From positions 96,001-160,000 of the forward strand of contig CAVVOB010000014.1 of assembly GCA_963749655.1 (NCBI GenBank): DNA of 64,000 nt, written 5' to 3'. Of the stretch, positions 42,865 to 52,584 are shown piece after piece (position 1 is the stretch's first letter; every line of letters begins with the position of its first letter). Under the pieces are notes generated by a model, which was not told the DNA's origin, did not search any database, and saw nothing but the letters and a program-made list of their open reading frames with translations. Source of the DNA: Nitrospirota bacterium. Its GTDB lineage: Bacteria; Nitrospirota; UBA9217. The translations under genes and the position numbers were made by a program.

Positions 42865-44265
42865 CTACTTTATTGCATAGAGGTTGCCGTCATAGGAACC
42901 GACGTACACAGTCCCGTCAGAACCGATCGCGGGGGAAGATACGACAAAATCTCCCGTTACGTAACTCCACTTGAGCGAACCCGAGGGATTGATTGCATAA
43001 AGCTTTCTGTCAATCGACCCGAGGTAAACAGTTCCGTCCGCGCTGATCGCAGGTGACGACAAGAAGATTTGGTTCCCCGTGGGAAAGCTCCACTTGAGGG
43101 TGCCCGAGGAATTCAGCGCGTACAGTTTGCTGTCCGCAGACGCTATGTACACAGTTCCGTCCGGGCCGATCCCGGGGGAGGAATAGATGACAGACCCCGC
43201 GGGATAGCTCCACTTGAGCGTGCCGGAGGGGTTCAGCGCGTAAAGCTTGTAGTCCTTTGAACCCACGAACAAGGTCCCGTCAGCGCCGATCGCCGGGGGA
43301 CAGACGATGAGATTTCCGGTTACAGAGCTCCACTTGAGCGCGCCCGAGGGATTGATCGCATAAAGTTTCTTGTCATTCGACCCTATATACACGGTTCCGT
43401 CTGCGCCGATCGTCGGGGAGGAATCTATCAGATTCTCCGCGGGATAACTCCATTTGAGCGTACCTGAGGAATTCAGCGCGTAAAGCTTATTGTCCTCCGA
43501 CCCTACATAAATGGTCCCGTCTGCCCCGATTGCAGGGGAAGAGTAGACTGCACTCCCCGTTGGATAGCTCCACTTGAGGGTGCCGGAGGGATTGATCGCA
43601 TACAGTTTAAAGTCCTCCGACCCTACATACACCGTCCCATCCGCGCCGATCGCAGGGGAGGACTCGACTTTATTCCCTGTGAGGTAGCTCCACTCGATCG
43701 TGCCAGAGGGATTGATCGCATAAAGCTTAGAGTCATCCGATCCTACGTACACGGTCCCATCCGCGCCGATCGCGGGAGAGGACCAGATTTTGCTCCCCGT
43801 TGGGTAGCTCCACAAGAGCGATCCGGTCGCGCTCGAAACAACGGGGCTGAGACCGGTCCCCTGAGCATCGCGCCGGAACTTCGGCCACGGGCTTTCGCTT
43901 GTCACGGTTATGTCCGTGCTAAGCGACGCGGTCTCGGCACCCGTGCTCACGACCAGTCCGACCGTGTATCTGCCCGGGATACCCGGCGACGTCCATGTCT
44001 CGCTGCTTGCTGTGCCCGCTTCGATTCCACCCACGGTCCAGCCGTAACTCGCAGTCGAACCCGCCGGGACGGAGACCGATGCGGACAGGTTCGCCGTGGT
44101 CACGACCGGCTGGGGCGTGACCGTGACGCTGCTGATCGTAAACGCAGCCGGTGGTGTATCGGTCGGCGTACCACCGACTCCCCCTCCCCCGCCTCCGCCA
44201 CACCCTGTTAAAAACAAAATGCATAGAACGACTGCCCATGAAATCGAAAAATGTCGGCTCTTCAT
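42865..44265 (-). CDS. Lipoprotein with Ig domain and 8-bladed PQQ-like beta-propeller, copy 2
   Basis: LTGC-GGGGGGG; 8 repeats. Confidence 0.9.
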   Translation of the reverse strand: MKSRHFSISWAVVLCILFLTGCGGGGGGGVGGTPTDTPPAAFTISSVTVTPQPVVTTANLSASVSVPAGSTASYGWTVGGIEAGTASSETWTSPGIPGRYTVGLVVSTGAETASLSTDITVTSESPWPKFRRDAQGTGLSPVVSSATGSLLWSYPTGSKIWSSPAIGADGTVYVGSDDSKLYAINPSGTIEWSYLTGNKVESSPAIGADGTVYVGSEDFKLYAINPSGTLKWSYPTGSAVYSSPAIGADGTIYVGSEDNKLYALNSSGTLKWSYPAENLIDSSPTIGADGTVYIGSNDKKLYAINPSGALKWSSVTGNLIVCPPAIGADGTLFVGSKDYKLYALNPSGTLKWSYPAGSVIYSSPGIGPDGTVYIASADSKLYALNSSGTLKWSFPTGNQIFLSSPAISADGTVYLGSIDRKLYAINPSGSLKWSYVTGDFVVSSPAIGSDGTVYVGSYDGNLYAIK

Positions 44266-44337
44266 AGCTGTTTTCTCCTTCAGAAAAGAAAATCCTTCTA
44301 TTTTATTTCATAAAGGTTGCCGTCAGGACTTGGTCCG

Positions 44338-46467
44338 CTACCAGAGCGCTATGCCGAACGGCATATCCAGCCCGGTGTTCGTACCCGAAATCGTGCGCAC
44401 AGGCGCGACATCGCCGTTGTCGGTCCTGTTGTAGACGGTGATCGAATTATTGTTGAAATTGGACACGAATAGCAGGTCGTTCGCCAGGTCCAGGGCTATG
44501 CCCCGCGGCATGTCCAGACCGGTACTCGCGCCGTAGATCTCCCGCACAGGCGCGACATCGCCCGTGTCGGTTATTCCATAGACCGTGATCGAGGTGCTTG
44601 CCAGGTCGGCGACCAGGATCTGGTTATTTACCGTGTCCACGGCTATGCCCGATGGATAGCTCAAGCCGGTGCTTGCGCCCGAGATGAATCGGACGGGTGC
44701 GATATCGCCGTTGTCGGTCCTGTGGTAGACGGTGATCGAACCGGGGTTGTGATTTGTCACGAAGATCTCGTTGTTCACCGGGTCCAGGGCGATGGCGGTC
44801 GCGCCGCTCAGGCTTGTGGTCGGTCCTGAGATGATCCGCGCAGGCGCAAGGTCGCCGCTGTCCGTCCTACCGTAGACGGTGATCGCGTGGCTGCCCTGGT
44901 TTGCCACGAAGATCTGGTCATGCACCGTGTCCACGGCTATGCCGGCCGGGTCGCTCAGACTGGTAGTCGGGCCTGAAATGGTCTGGACGGGACCGGCATT
45001 GCTTCCATCCGTCCTGCTGTAGACCGTGATCGCATTGTTCGAGTTGGTAACGAAGACCTGGTCATTCGCCGGGTCCACGGCAATTCCCGAGGGGTAGCCC
45101 AAACCGGAGCTTGTGCCTGAAATGGTCCGCGCGGGCGCGATATCGCCGGTGTCGGTCCTGTTGTAGCCGGTGATCGAGCTGCTGTAGAAGTTTGACGCGA
45201 AGATCTGATTCTGTATCGTGTCCAGAGCAATGCCGAGTGGGCCGTCCAGGCCCGTGCTTGGGCCCGCGATGAATCGCGCAGGCGCTACATCGCCGTTGTC
45301 GGTCCTGCCGAAGACGGCGATCGAGTTGCTGGAAACGTTGGTCACGAAGAGCTGGTTGTTGGCCGTATCCACGGCAATGCCGGCCGGGCCGTTCAGGCTT
45401 GTGGTAACGCCGGAAATGATCCGCGCGGGCGCGATATTGCCGTTGTCCGTCCTGTTGTACACGGTGATCGCGCTGCTGTAGCCGTTCGTTACGAAGATCT
45501 GATTGTTCACCGTATCCACGGCAAGGCCGCCCGGTCCGTTCAGGCTCGTGGTGGCTCCGGAAATGATCCGCACAGGCGCGACATCGCCGTTGTCCGTCCT
45601 GTTGTACACGGTGATCGCGCTGCTGTTGGAATTCGTTACAAAGAGCTGATTGTTCGCCGTGTCCACGGCTATGCCGCCCGGTCCGTTCAGGCTTGTAGTA
45701 GCTCCGGAAATGAACCGCACAGGCGCGACATCGCCGTTGTCCGTCCTGTTGTATACGGTGATCGAGTTGTTCACGTTGGCCACGAAGATCTGGTTGTTCA
45801 CCGTGTCCACGGCGATGCCGGCCGGTCCGTTCAAACTGGTGGTCGGGCCCGAGATGGTCCGCAGGGGCGCGATATTGCCCGTGCCCGTTCCGCTGTATAC
45901 GGTGATCGTGCTCTTGATGTAATTCGCCACAAAGAGCTGGTTGTTCACCGTGTCCACGGCTATGCCGAGGGGGTAGGATACGCCGGTCACGCTACCGAGT
46001 TTTCTCAAGGCATTCACATTCCCGCCCTGGGACGCGTCGAACACGGCAACCGTATTGTTATAGTAATTGGCCGTAAAAAGCTCTCGCGGCGGCCCGGCGA
46101 CCGTCACGGTATACCGTGCTGCCGAGCCGTCCGCCGCCGTTATCGTGTATGCCACGGGAGCGGTAAAGTCGTTCGCCGTGGCGCCGCTCGTCTGAACAGC
46201 ATTCCCCACCAAGACCGACGCGCCGCTCGTGGCGAAAGAGGCTACGAGCGCAGTCACGTTCGTTCCGCAGGGCACGGCGACGGCGATCGTCTTTGCGTTC
46301 TCATCGATGACCCCGGTTGCAGTGGGCTTCGTGAACGAGAACGCAGTCAGGGCCTTGGCATCGGAAGCCGGAGTTCCGCTGCCGTTGCCGCCGCCCTTGC
46401 CGCAACCCGGAAGCGCAAGGGACATTGCGAGAATAAGGACCAGGCCGCAGACAGAAGAATATCTCAT
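44338..46467 (-). CDS. Lipoprotein with Ig domain and ~12 NHL-like repeats (likely two 6-bladed propellers)
   Basis: LPGC-GKGGG; ~49-aa (147-nt) repeats GDVAPVR.ISG..T.L..P.GIAVD..NNQIFV.N. Confidence 0.9.
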   Translation of the reverse strand: MRYSSVCGLVLILAMSLALPGCGKGGGNGSGTPASDAKALTAFSFTKPTATGVIDENAKTIAVAVPCGTNVTALVASFATSGASVLVGNAVQTSGATANDFTAPVAYTITAADGSAARYTVTVAGPPRELFTANYYNNTVAVFDASQGGNVNALRKLGSVTGVSYPLGIAVDTVNNQLFVANYIKSTITVYSGTGTGNIAPLRTISGPTTSLNGPAGIAVDTVNNQIFVANVNNSITVYNRTDNGDVAPVRFISGATTSLNGPGGIAVDTANNQLFVTNSNSSAITVYNRTDNGDVAPVRIISGATTSLNGPGGLAVDTVNNQIFVTNGYSSAITVYNRTDNGNIAPARIISGVTTSLNGPAGIAVDTANNQLFVTNVSSNSIAVFGRTDNGDVAPARFIAGPSTGLDGPLGIALDTIQNQIFASNFYSSSITGYNRTDTGDIAPARTISGTSSGLGYPSGIAVDPANDQVFVTNSNNAITVYSRTDGSNAGPVQTISGPTTSLSDPAGIAVDTVHDQIFVANQGSHAITVYGRTDSGDLAPARIISGPTTSLSGATAIALDPVNNEIFVTNHNPGSITVYHRTDNGDIAPVRFISGASTGLSYPSGIAVDTVNNQILVADLASTSITVYGITDTGDVAPVREIYGASTGLDMPRGIALDLANDLLFVSNFNNNSITVYNRTDNGDVAPVRTISGTNTGLDMPFGIALW

Positions 46468-46538
46468 CGTTCCCTCCTAATGGTTATATCGCGTCACGGC
46501 CGCGTATGCGTCCGAAAACCCCACAACAACGATCCCTG

Positions 46539-46772
46539 TTATGAGGAGCCTGATCGCTGCTTTTTCAGTTTCTTCCCGAGGAACAGTGCCGCGGTCCCGA
46601 GAGCGGCTGACGAGAGGGCTATTATTCCGAGGATCTCTACATCGGCGAAAAGGAGACCGGGGCCGGAGCGCGTCCGCTCTAAAAGGGACTGCAGAGACGC
46701 GAAACCGGAAAGCATCGCGATGATCACGAGGACGACGCCGACACCGGTCAACAGGTTAGCTAAAATTTGCAT
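46539..46772 (-). CDS. Small 2-TM membrane protein
   Basis: Two hydrophobic helices, basic tail. Confidence 0.55.
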   Translation of the reverse strand: MQILANLLTGVGVVLVIIAMLSGFASLQSLLERTRSGPGLLFADVEILGIIALSSAALGTAALFLGKKLKKQRSGSS

Positions 46773-46832
46773 AAGGTATCGAGGACATTATAGCATAGCA
46801 ATAGCGCACGCCGGATTGTGCAAACGCGGAAA

Positions 46833-47276
46833 TTACGGGCATGCTCCCTTGGCGGCGGTAAAGGTATCTGTCCCGTTGCACGATCCATTACTATACGAGG
46901 TAGAGCCGGAGCCGTGCGTGGCGTCCGAGAACGTAAAGTTTGTCGTCGTCGTAAAACCGAAATTTGTCCCTGTAACAGAAGCCGTGCTGCCGCAAATGGT
47001 GCCTGAATAAGACCCCCCATTCGACGAGCCGGTTAGCGTGTTTCCGCTTTGCGTGAACACAGCGTCATAGGGAGTAGTATTGGTGTTCCCGCAGTTGCTG
47101 TTTATGTTGGTGATGCTGATGCACCAGGTTCCTGTAGCGTCCAGAGCAGGAGCGGCGCATTCCGACGAGCTTGAGCCTCCGCCTCCCCCGCAGCTGGTGA
47201 AGACAGTCACACTGATTGCGGCGATCACGACAATCAAACAGAACAGTACCCTGACCCTGGCATGCTTCTTTCTCAT
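46833..47276 (-). CDS. Small Cys/Thr/Gly-rich lipoprotein
   Basis: FTSC-GGGGGSSS; six further Cys. Confidence 0.75.
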   Translation of the reverse strand: MRKKHARVRVLFCLIVVIAAISVTVFTSCGGGGGSSSSECAAPALDATGTWCISITNINSNCGNTNTTPYDAVFTQSGNTLTGSSNGGSYSGTICGSTASVTGTNFGFTTTTNFTFSDATHGSGSTSYSNGSCNGTDTFTAAKGACP

Positions 47277-47375
47277 AGTTCCCCCGTATACCCGTATTTG
47301 ACGCATATTGTTTTTGCCACTGTTTGTAAGTTTTCCGACAAAACCGCTTTCCCTCGTAGCTCAAGTTGGTAGTTG

Positions 47376-47484
47376 GTAGGTCGGGTAGAGCAAAGCGAAA
47401 CCCGACACTTTGCTATTCATTACATCTGCAAATAATCCAGCTTACAGCGTCGGGTTTCACAGAAAACCGTTCTACCCGACCTAC
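47376..47484. repeat. GTAG-type REP pair
   Basis: GTAGGTCGGGTAGAGCAAAGCGAAACCCGAC ... GTCGGGTTTC..TCTACCCGACCTAC. Confidence 0.75.
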
Positions 47485-47535
47485 CCGGCTGCCGGGGCAT
47501 AAGATGGAAACGCAGGTTGCCGTTGAAGGCGGCAT

Positions 47536-47808
47536 CTATTTCTTTATCCTCTTTTTCCCAATTTTGAAGACCTCTATATCCTTCGGGAATTGGCCCCACT
47601 TATTAAAATCAGCATCAGTCATTCTGGCGTATTCAGCTGTTTTTATTGTCCGCGCGTTCCAGGCAAAATTAAGATGGTGATATGCGTGCTGGAGATTGAG
47701 ATAGATCTCGGCCTCATCAGGATAATCTTTCTTTTCGATTCGTTTTTCAATCTCCGCAATCTGTTCCCGGGCTTCCCGAAGATTGCCTGCTATAACTTTC
47801 CAATTCAT
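47536..47808 (-). CDS. Hypothetical protein (AT-richer)
   Basis: 90-aa ORF with HAYHHLNFAWNAR and purine-rich RBS. Confidence 0.7.
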   Translation of the reverse strand: MNWKVIAGNLREAREQIAEIEKRIEKKDYPDEAEIYLNLQHAYHHLNFAWNARTIKTAEYARMTDADFNKWGQFPKDIEVFKIGKKRIKK

Positions 47809-47851
47809 GCTCTTCCCCTTTTGCTCTTGTGGCTGTTAGTCCTGCTTCCAA

Positions 47852-48610
47852 CTACGGCAGAATCGCTACGACCCGCGCAGGTCCGGCGCTGCCGCCTGCA
47901 ATCTTGAGCGGGAAGCAGGAAACCTTGAACCCCTGTGGCGGCAGCGCGCCCAGGTTCACCAGCCGCTCCATATGGGCGTAGGGCAGATCAACCTGATGGG
48001 CAGTCCAGAAGGTTCCTGCCCGGCCGCTTGCCAACGCTTCTTTCGCCTGTTGATCCAGGGGCTGGTCCCAGCCCCAGGCATCGATCCCCATAACGCGGAT
48101 GCCCTGGTCATAGAGCCATCGGGTTGCTTCAGGCGTGACCCCGCAGCCGCGGAAAATATAATCAGGCTGTACGTAGCAGCTGTCGCGTCCCGTCCGCACT
48201 AGGACGATGTCGAGCGGTTTCAGTGTACAGCCGATGCGCGCCAGTTCCTGCTCCGCGTCGCTCCTGCTCATCGCGTCGCCGTCGGCCTTGTGCGACATAT
48301 CCAGGACAACCCCGTCGCTGTAGAACCAGTCCAGGGGCAGCTCGTCGATCGTCGCTGCGCGCTGTCCCTGGATCGTGCTGTTGTAATGCCAGGGCGCGTC
48401 GACATGGGTGGTGTCGTGCGTCCCCAGGTTGGTTATGGTCTCGGTCGCCCAGCCTTCGCTGTTGCGAAAGACCGAGGAAGGCACCTTGAGGATCGCCTGC
48501 GCCTGGGCAGCGCCGGCAGCATGAGAATGATAGGCGATGTCCGTGCGCAGGAAGGGAGGCGTGCCTTCGGGACTTGGTTTGATCAGGGCGGACAGATCAA
48601 CGAGTTTCAC
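47852..48610 (-). CDS. Cyclase / kynurenine formamidase family protein
   Basis: THDTTHVDAPWH, GIDAWGWD, FPLKI..SAGPAR. Confidence 0.9.
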   Translation of the reverse strand: MKLVDLSALIKPSPEGTPPFLRTDIAYHSHAAGAAQAQAILKVPSSVFRNSEGWATETITNLGTHDTTHVDAPWHYNSTIQGQRAATIDELPLDWFYSDGVVLDMSHKADGDAMSRSDAEQELARIGCTLKPLDIVLVRTGRDSCYVQPDYIFRGCGVTPEATRWLYDQGIRVMGIDAWGWDQPLDQQAKEALASGRAGTFWTAHQVDLPYAHMERLVNLGALPPQGFKVSCFPLKIAGGSAGPARVVAILP

Positions 48611-48667
48611 AGGATAGGTTCTCCTTTTATAATGGTCCCTCTCCAAATCAAGTGGGTAAAATAAACT

Positions 48668-49048
48668 CTTTTTTGCACATCCCCTTCGCGGCCTTAATGA
48701 AAATTTTGACCCGTCTAAGGCCACGTCAGCTCGCCCGCGCAAACTCGTCCTTCGGCCTCAGACAGTGCGCGGCGCCCTTCGGGACACTTCCTTAGACCTT
48801 GACGGGTGCCCAAAATTTTCATAGGTCCGTTCCGGGGACGTGCGGGGTATGGGTAAAGATGGAAGCTTTTGAACCACCCCATGCGAAAATTTAGGCATGC
48901 GACCGAGTCCGAGAGTTAAGCATTTCGGACTGTCTGAGCCCGCAGGGCGAGTTTCCGAAATGTACCGAGGACGACCGAGCATGCTGTGAAGAATTTTCGC
49001 CGGGTGCCATTCTTTGGTTACTTTCTTCGGGCAAGCAAGAAAGTAACA
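48668..49048. repeat. ~380-bp structured intergenic element (MITE-like/ncRNA-like)
   Basis: GAAAATTTTG..CCCGTC/GACGGG..CAAAATTTTC, AAACTCG..CTCAGACAG/CTGTCTGAG..CGAGTTT, terminal GTTACTTTCTT..AAGAAAGTAAC. Confidence 0.6.
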
Positions 49049-49077
49049 TGACCCACTTATTATGAAGAAGAACCTTA

Positions 49078-50046
49078 TTAATTATGCTTCACCGTAATCA
49101 CGACATTTCCGGTTTTCTGGCCTTGCTCGACGTATTTCGTTGCCTCGATGATTTGCTCCAGGGGATAACGCCTGTCGATAACGGCTTTATACTTCCCCTC
49201 TTCGATGATCTTCTTGAAAAAGAGCACGTCATCCTTGCTTTCTTTCGGGATCGGCAGCATGAGCCTCCTCTTGCCGAATTTTGCGGTCACCAGTATAAAG
49301 AAAACGTTCTGCCATAGAAATCCCAGGTCGGTCACAAGATAGATTCCGCCCGGCTTGAGAGAATTTTTACAGCGCAGATAGGAAGTCTTGCCTACAGCAT
49401 CGAAAATAATGTCGTACACTTGGCCATTCTTCGCAAAATCCACTTTTGTGTAATCAATGACCCTGTCGGCTCCCAGGGATTTCACGATCGCCACATTCCG
49501 TGTATTGCACACAGCCGTAACATCTGCTCCATAGTACTTGGCAAGCTGGACGCCTGCAGTGCCGATCGACCCTGATGCCCCATAGATCAGGATCGTTTGC
49601 CCGCTCCGGATATTCGCCTTCCGCAGGTTGGTCAATGCAAGCATTGCCCCATCGCAGACTGCGGCAGCTTCCTCAAAGGTCATGTTGACCGGCTTTAATG
49701 CAATGGCCCCCTCTTCAGGCAGGCACAAATACTCGGCATGGGCTCCAAAATTGTCGCCCGTCAGTCCGAATACCTGGTCGCCTTTTTTGAAGGACTTGAC
49801 GTCTTTGCCCACTGCTTCAAGTTCGCCGGAGAACTCGCTCCCGAGGATGTTCATTTTCGGCCTTGTGAGGCCGCAGAAAAACCTCACGATGAAGGGATCG
49901 GCCTTCCGAACGCCGCAATCCCCACGGGTTTCCGTTGTGGCATGAACTTTTATCAGGACTTCATTGTCCCGTGGAGAAGGCTTCTCGACTTCTTTTATCT
50001 GAAGCACATCCGGCGGTCCGTATTTTTCGCAGACGATCGCTTTCAT
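49078..50046 (-). CDS. NAD(P)-dependent medium-chain dehydrogenase/reductase (quinone reductase-like)
   Basis: YGPPDVL, IYGASGSIG, LGADRVIDY. Confidence 0.9.
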   Translation of the reverse strand: MKAIVCEKYGPPDVLQIKEVEKPSPRDNEVLIKVHATTETRGDCGVRKADPFIVRFFCGLTRPKMNILGSEFSGELEAVGKDVKSFKKGDQVFGLTGDNFGAHAEYLCLPEEGAIALKPVNMTFEEAAAVCDGAMLALTNLRKANIRSGQTILIYGASGSIGTAGVQLAKYYGADVTAVCNTRNVAIVKSLGADRVIDYTKVDFAKNGQVYDIIFDAVGKTSYLRCKNSLKPGGIYLVTDLGFLWQNVFFILVTAKFGKRRLMLPIPKESKDDVLFFKKIIEEGKYKAVIDRRYPLEQIIEATKYVEQGQKTGNVVITVKHN

Positions 50047-50087
50047 GGGTATCCTCCCGCTTGTCATGAAGCATCATGCTTTGCCAT

Positions 50088-50819
50088 TCAGGCAGATCCA
50101 AAAGAAGGATTGTCCGACTGTTGAGCGTTCAAGCCTTTTACCAAAAGCCATAGACCAAGTATCAGTTCCAGGAGGATGCTCGGCGTGAAGCAAATGGTTT
50201 GAATCATCATTTTCGCTGCATAGCCCGGCGCTAGAATCATTATTAAAGCATAAATTAAGACGAGTACATAGGAAAGAATACCGAAGCCTGTCAGGTTTCT
50301 CGGAACGTATCGTGACTTGAAAAATAGATACAGGAATATAGTGGAATTCAGCCCGTGAAATACCAGCCCAACGGCACCTACATAGAAATACAAGTTAACA
50401 AACAGTCCGACAAGGGCCTGTATCTGATCCGGCGCAAATACCGTCAAAGCAGCCCGTTCGTTCAGCATCAGCAAAGCAATGAAATGGCCGAGGGCGATGA
50501 CAGCCAACAGGATGGCTTCTGTCATTTTGAAGCAAAAGGCAAGCAACGCGAGATTCTTGTTTACTGGTTTGAGGATTATATAGAGGGTGAGGCCGAATAC
50601 TGCGGCAAGGACAGATATGATCAGCTCGCTGACAATGCCGATGCGAAACAGCAATTCATCGGCCATGATATTTCCGGCTGTGGCTATGGCATTTCCCGTT
50701 GCCATAAACTTGGAGAGCAGCAGGAAATTGATTGTCGGGAGTATAAAGGTACAGAGAAACAGGAGGCCCGCGACCCTGGCAATGCTGTTTAGAGATGGAT
50801 TTGCGCTATGGTAATTCAT
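50088..50819 (-). CDS. DUF4386 membrane protein
   Basis: ARVAGLL..LFRIG..LY.ILKPVNK.LA..SRYVPR..ELILGLWLLVKG. Confidence 0.85.
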   Translation of the reverse strand: MNYHSANPSLNSIARVAGLLFLCTFILPTINFLLLSKFMATGNAIATAGNIMADELLFRIGIVSELIISVLAAVFGLTLYIILKPVNKNLALLAFCFKMTEAILLAVIALGHFIALLMLNERAALTVFAPDQIQALVGLFVNLYFYVGAVGLVFHGLNSTIFLYLFFKSRYVPRNLTGFGILSYVLVLIYALIMILAPGYAAKMMIQTICFTPSILLELILGLWLLVKGLNAQQSDNPSFGSA

Positions 50820-50861
50820 TGCAGGACCTCCATCGGTTTAATAGAGTCTTGTTGTGGAATC

Positions 50862-50920
50862 TATGAACGCGGCGCTGATGCGCCGACCCTGGCGCGTCGC
50901 AGTCCAGCGTCAGGTTGGAA
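50862..50920 (-). other. attC-like site (59 bp)
   Basis: TTCCAAC..CGCTGGA..GCGCC-agggtc-GGCGC..TCAGCG..GTTCATA, with an extrahelical G; core sites imperfect. Confidence 0.5.
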
Positions 50921-50983
50921 GTCGAGCATAGACTCTGGTCCAAGTGTCTTTGTCAGTAACTGAAATCCAACTACAAAGACATA

Positions 50984-52252
50984 TTAAAAGTTTTTCCAGG
51001 CTTCATCAACTTTCTCAGCAACACCATTGAAAAGCGAGAGACGAAGATTAACATAGCGTTTAAACATCTTATTACAAAAGCGTACTAAACCTCTTTTATG
51101 ACCTACAGGTATAAAAATAACTTCACCGAATTTCTCATCCATGAGCTGATTCTTCAATGTTGATGGATTTGATATTTTAAGAGACCTTGTTAATTTATAA
51201 ATTTCTGAAAGCGGTATATTATCATCACCCCATTTAGCAAGTAATCGCAAGAATATTTCTCGCGGCTGAGAATCTCTTACAGCTTTAAAATATAAGTCGG
51301 AAAATTGATTTGCATAACGATTGTCGGCCAAACTAGACACAGACGCTTCAACATCTTTGTCCGTTATCTCTTTAACATTTTTATCAAAAGCATTTATTAA
51401 TGTATCCTGTCCGATAACATGTACAAACCATGGGAAGCCCCCTGCGAGAAGCGCAAGTTTTTTCTTTGCAGAATCAGCAAAAGAAATATCAATATTATTG
51501 TCACCTAAATAAGCTTCTACCTTCGAGGTAATCTCCATTAATTCATCTTTAATCATGCCCGGAACATTCACTGGAAATAATTGCCGTTCAAGGGAACTAT
51601 GGTCTGATAATAATTGCGAGATATTATCTGCTATTCCAACAAATATGAATTTAATTGATTCGGAGGAATTATTTTTTACGAAATTGGCAATGCCGGTAGA
51701 TGATTCAACGCGATCAAATTCATCTAGAATAAAGAGAAACCGCGCGATGCCTTTTTGTTCTGCTTTTGTTATGGCTGAAAGAAAATCCTCCTCAACGTCT
51801 ATAGCACCTATCGGTTCATTCGGTGCTACTACTGTCGTCGTCTCCTCTTCAAAAACCTTAAAATTCAGCTTAATCTTAGTTGTAGTGGTGATCGAATTGG
51901 GATTTTCGATTAAGCGATAAATGTTGCGCACAATTTTTCGTACAATGTCGTTGCTATTCTTCATTTGCTCGTTGCACGGAATCCAAAATGGTTGAAACAT
52001 AGCTCTTTCTGATAAGGCATGTGATTCTAGGCCCAGAATATTCAGAAGTTCAACATCTCCGGTACCAATTCGCATCGCCTGGACCGCCAAACTGGATTTC
52101 CCAACCCCACGTTCACCGAATATAATGGGGCAAGAGCCATCAATTTGCAGGGAATCCGCTAAAGATTTAACTAAATTCCGGCGTCCTGCAAAAAGACCAG
52201 GCTCTGAAATAACGTTACTTGGAGTAAATGCATTTAAAACTGTTTTTCTCAT
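50984..52252 (-). CDS. Low-GC AAA+/STAND-like ATPase (ORC1/CDC6-like)
   Basis: AFTPS..FAGR, GERGVGKSS, FILDEFD, GFPWFVH; strongly AT-rich. Confidence 0.85.
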   Translation of the reverse strand: MRKTVLNAFTPSNVISEPGLFAGRRNLVKSLADSLQIDGSCPIIFGERGVGKSSLAVQAMRIGTGDVELLNILGLESHALSERAMFQPFWIPCNEQMKNSNDIVRKIVRNIYRLIENPNSITTTTKIKLNFKVFEEETTTVVAPNEPIGAIDVEEDFLSAITKAEQKGIARFLFILDEFDRVESSTGIANFVKNNSSESIKFIFVGIADNISQLLSDHSSLERQLFPVNVPGMIKDELMEITSKVEAYLGDNNIDISFADSAKKKLALLAGGFPWFVHVIGQDTLINAFDKNVKEITDKDVEASVSSLADNRYANQFSDLYFKAVRDSQPREIFLRLLAKWGDDNIPLSEIYKLTRSLKISNPSTLKNQLMDEKFGEVIFIPVGHKRGLVRFCNKMFKRYVNLRLSLFNGVAEKVDEAWKNF

Positions 52253-52584
52253 ATTCCCTCCAAAAGCCGAGCTTGATAATAAATAGTACGGGATGCCAGA
52301 AATTGTCCAGCCCCGGCTAAGTCGTAAAAAACGGATTTCCGTTCTTTACCAGCCTAGCAAGACTGATGCCCTAGCAAGGTGTTGAGCCGTTAGGCTCTTG
52401 CACTCTAATACCATTTGCTTTTCGCATGTCCGTCAGCTCCGGCGTTGTCTTCAGCCCAAAACAAGAATTTAAATTGCCTGTGAGAAAGCTTTTTTGACGA
52501 ATAATTAATCAGGTCAAGCGGTCATGCAAGGGAGGAGTTGAGAAAATCGTCTAACCGCGCGTGGAAGGGCCTCCCAGGGGGAAG

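Noticed and set aside
40672-46000. Regular 120-nt and 147-nt repeats as a CRISPR array
   Set aside because: In-frame protein blade repeats with codon-position variation; no cas genes
47500-47852. Second integron cassette around the 90-aa ORF (GTTGGAA before, CTTCAAC after)
   Set aside because: No attC palindrome could be traced downstream
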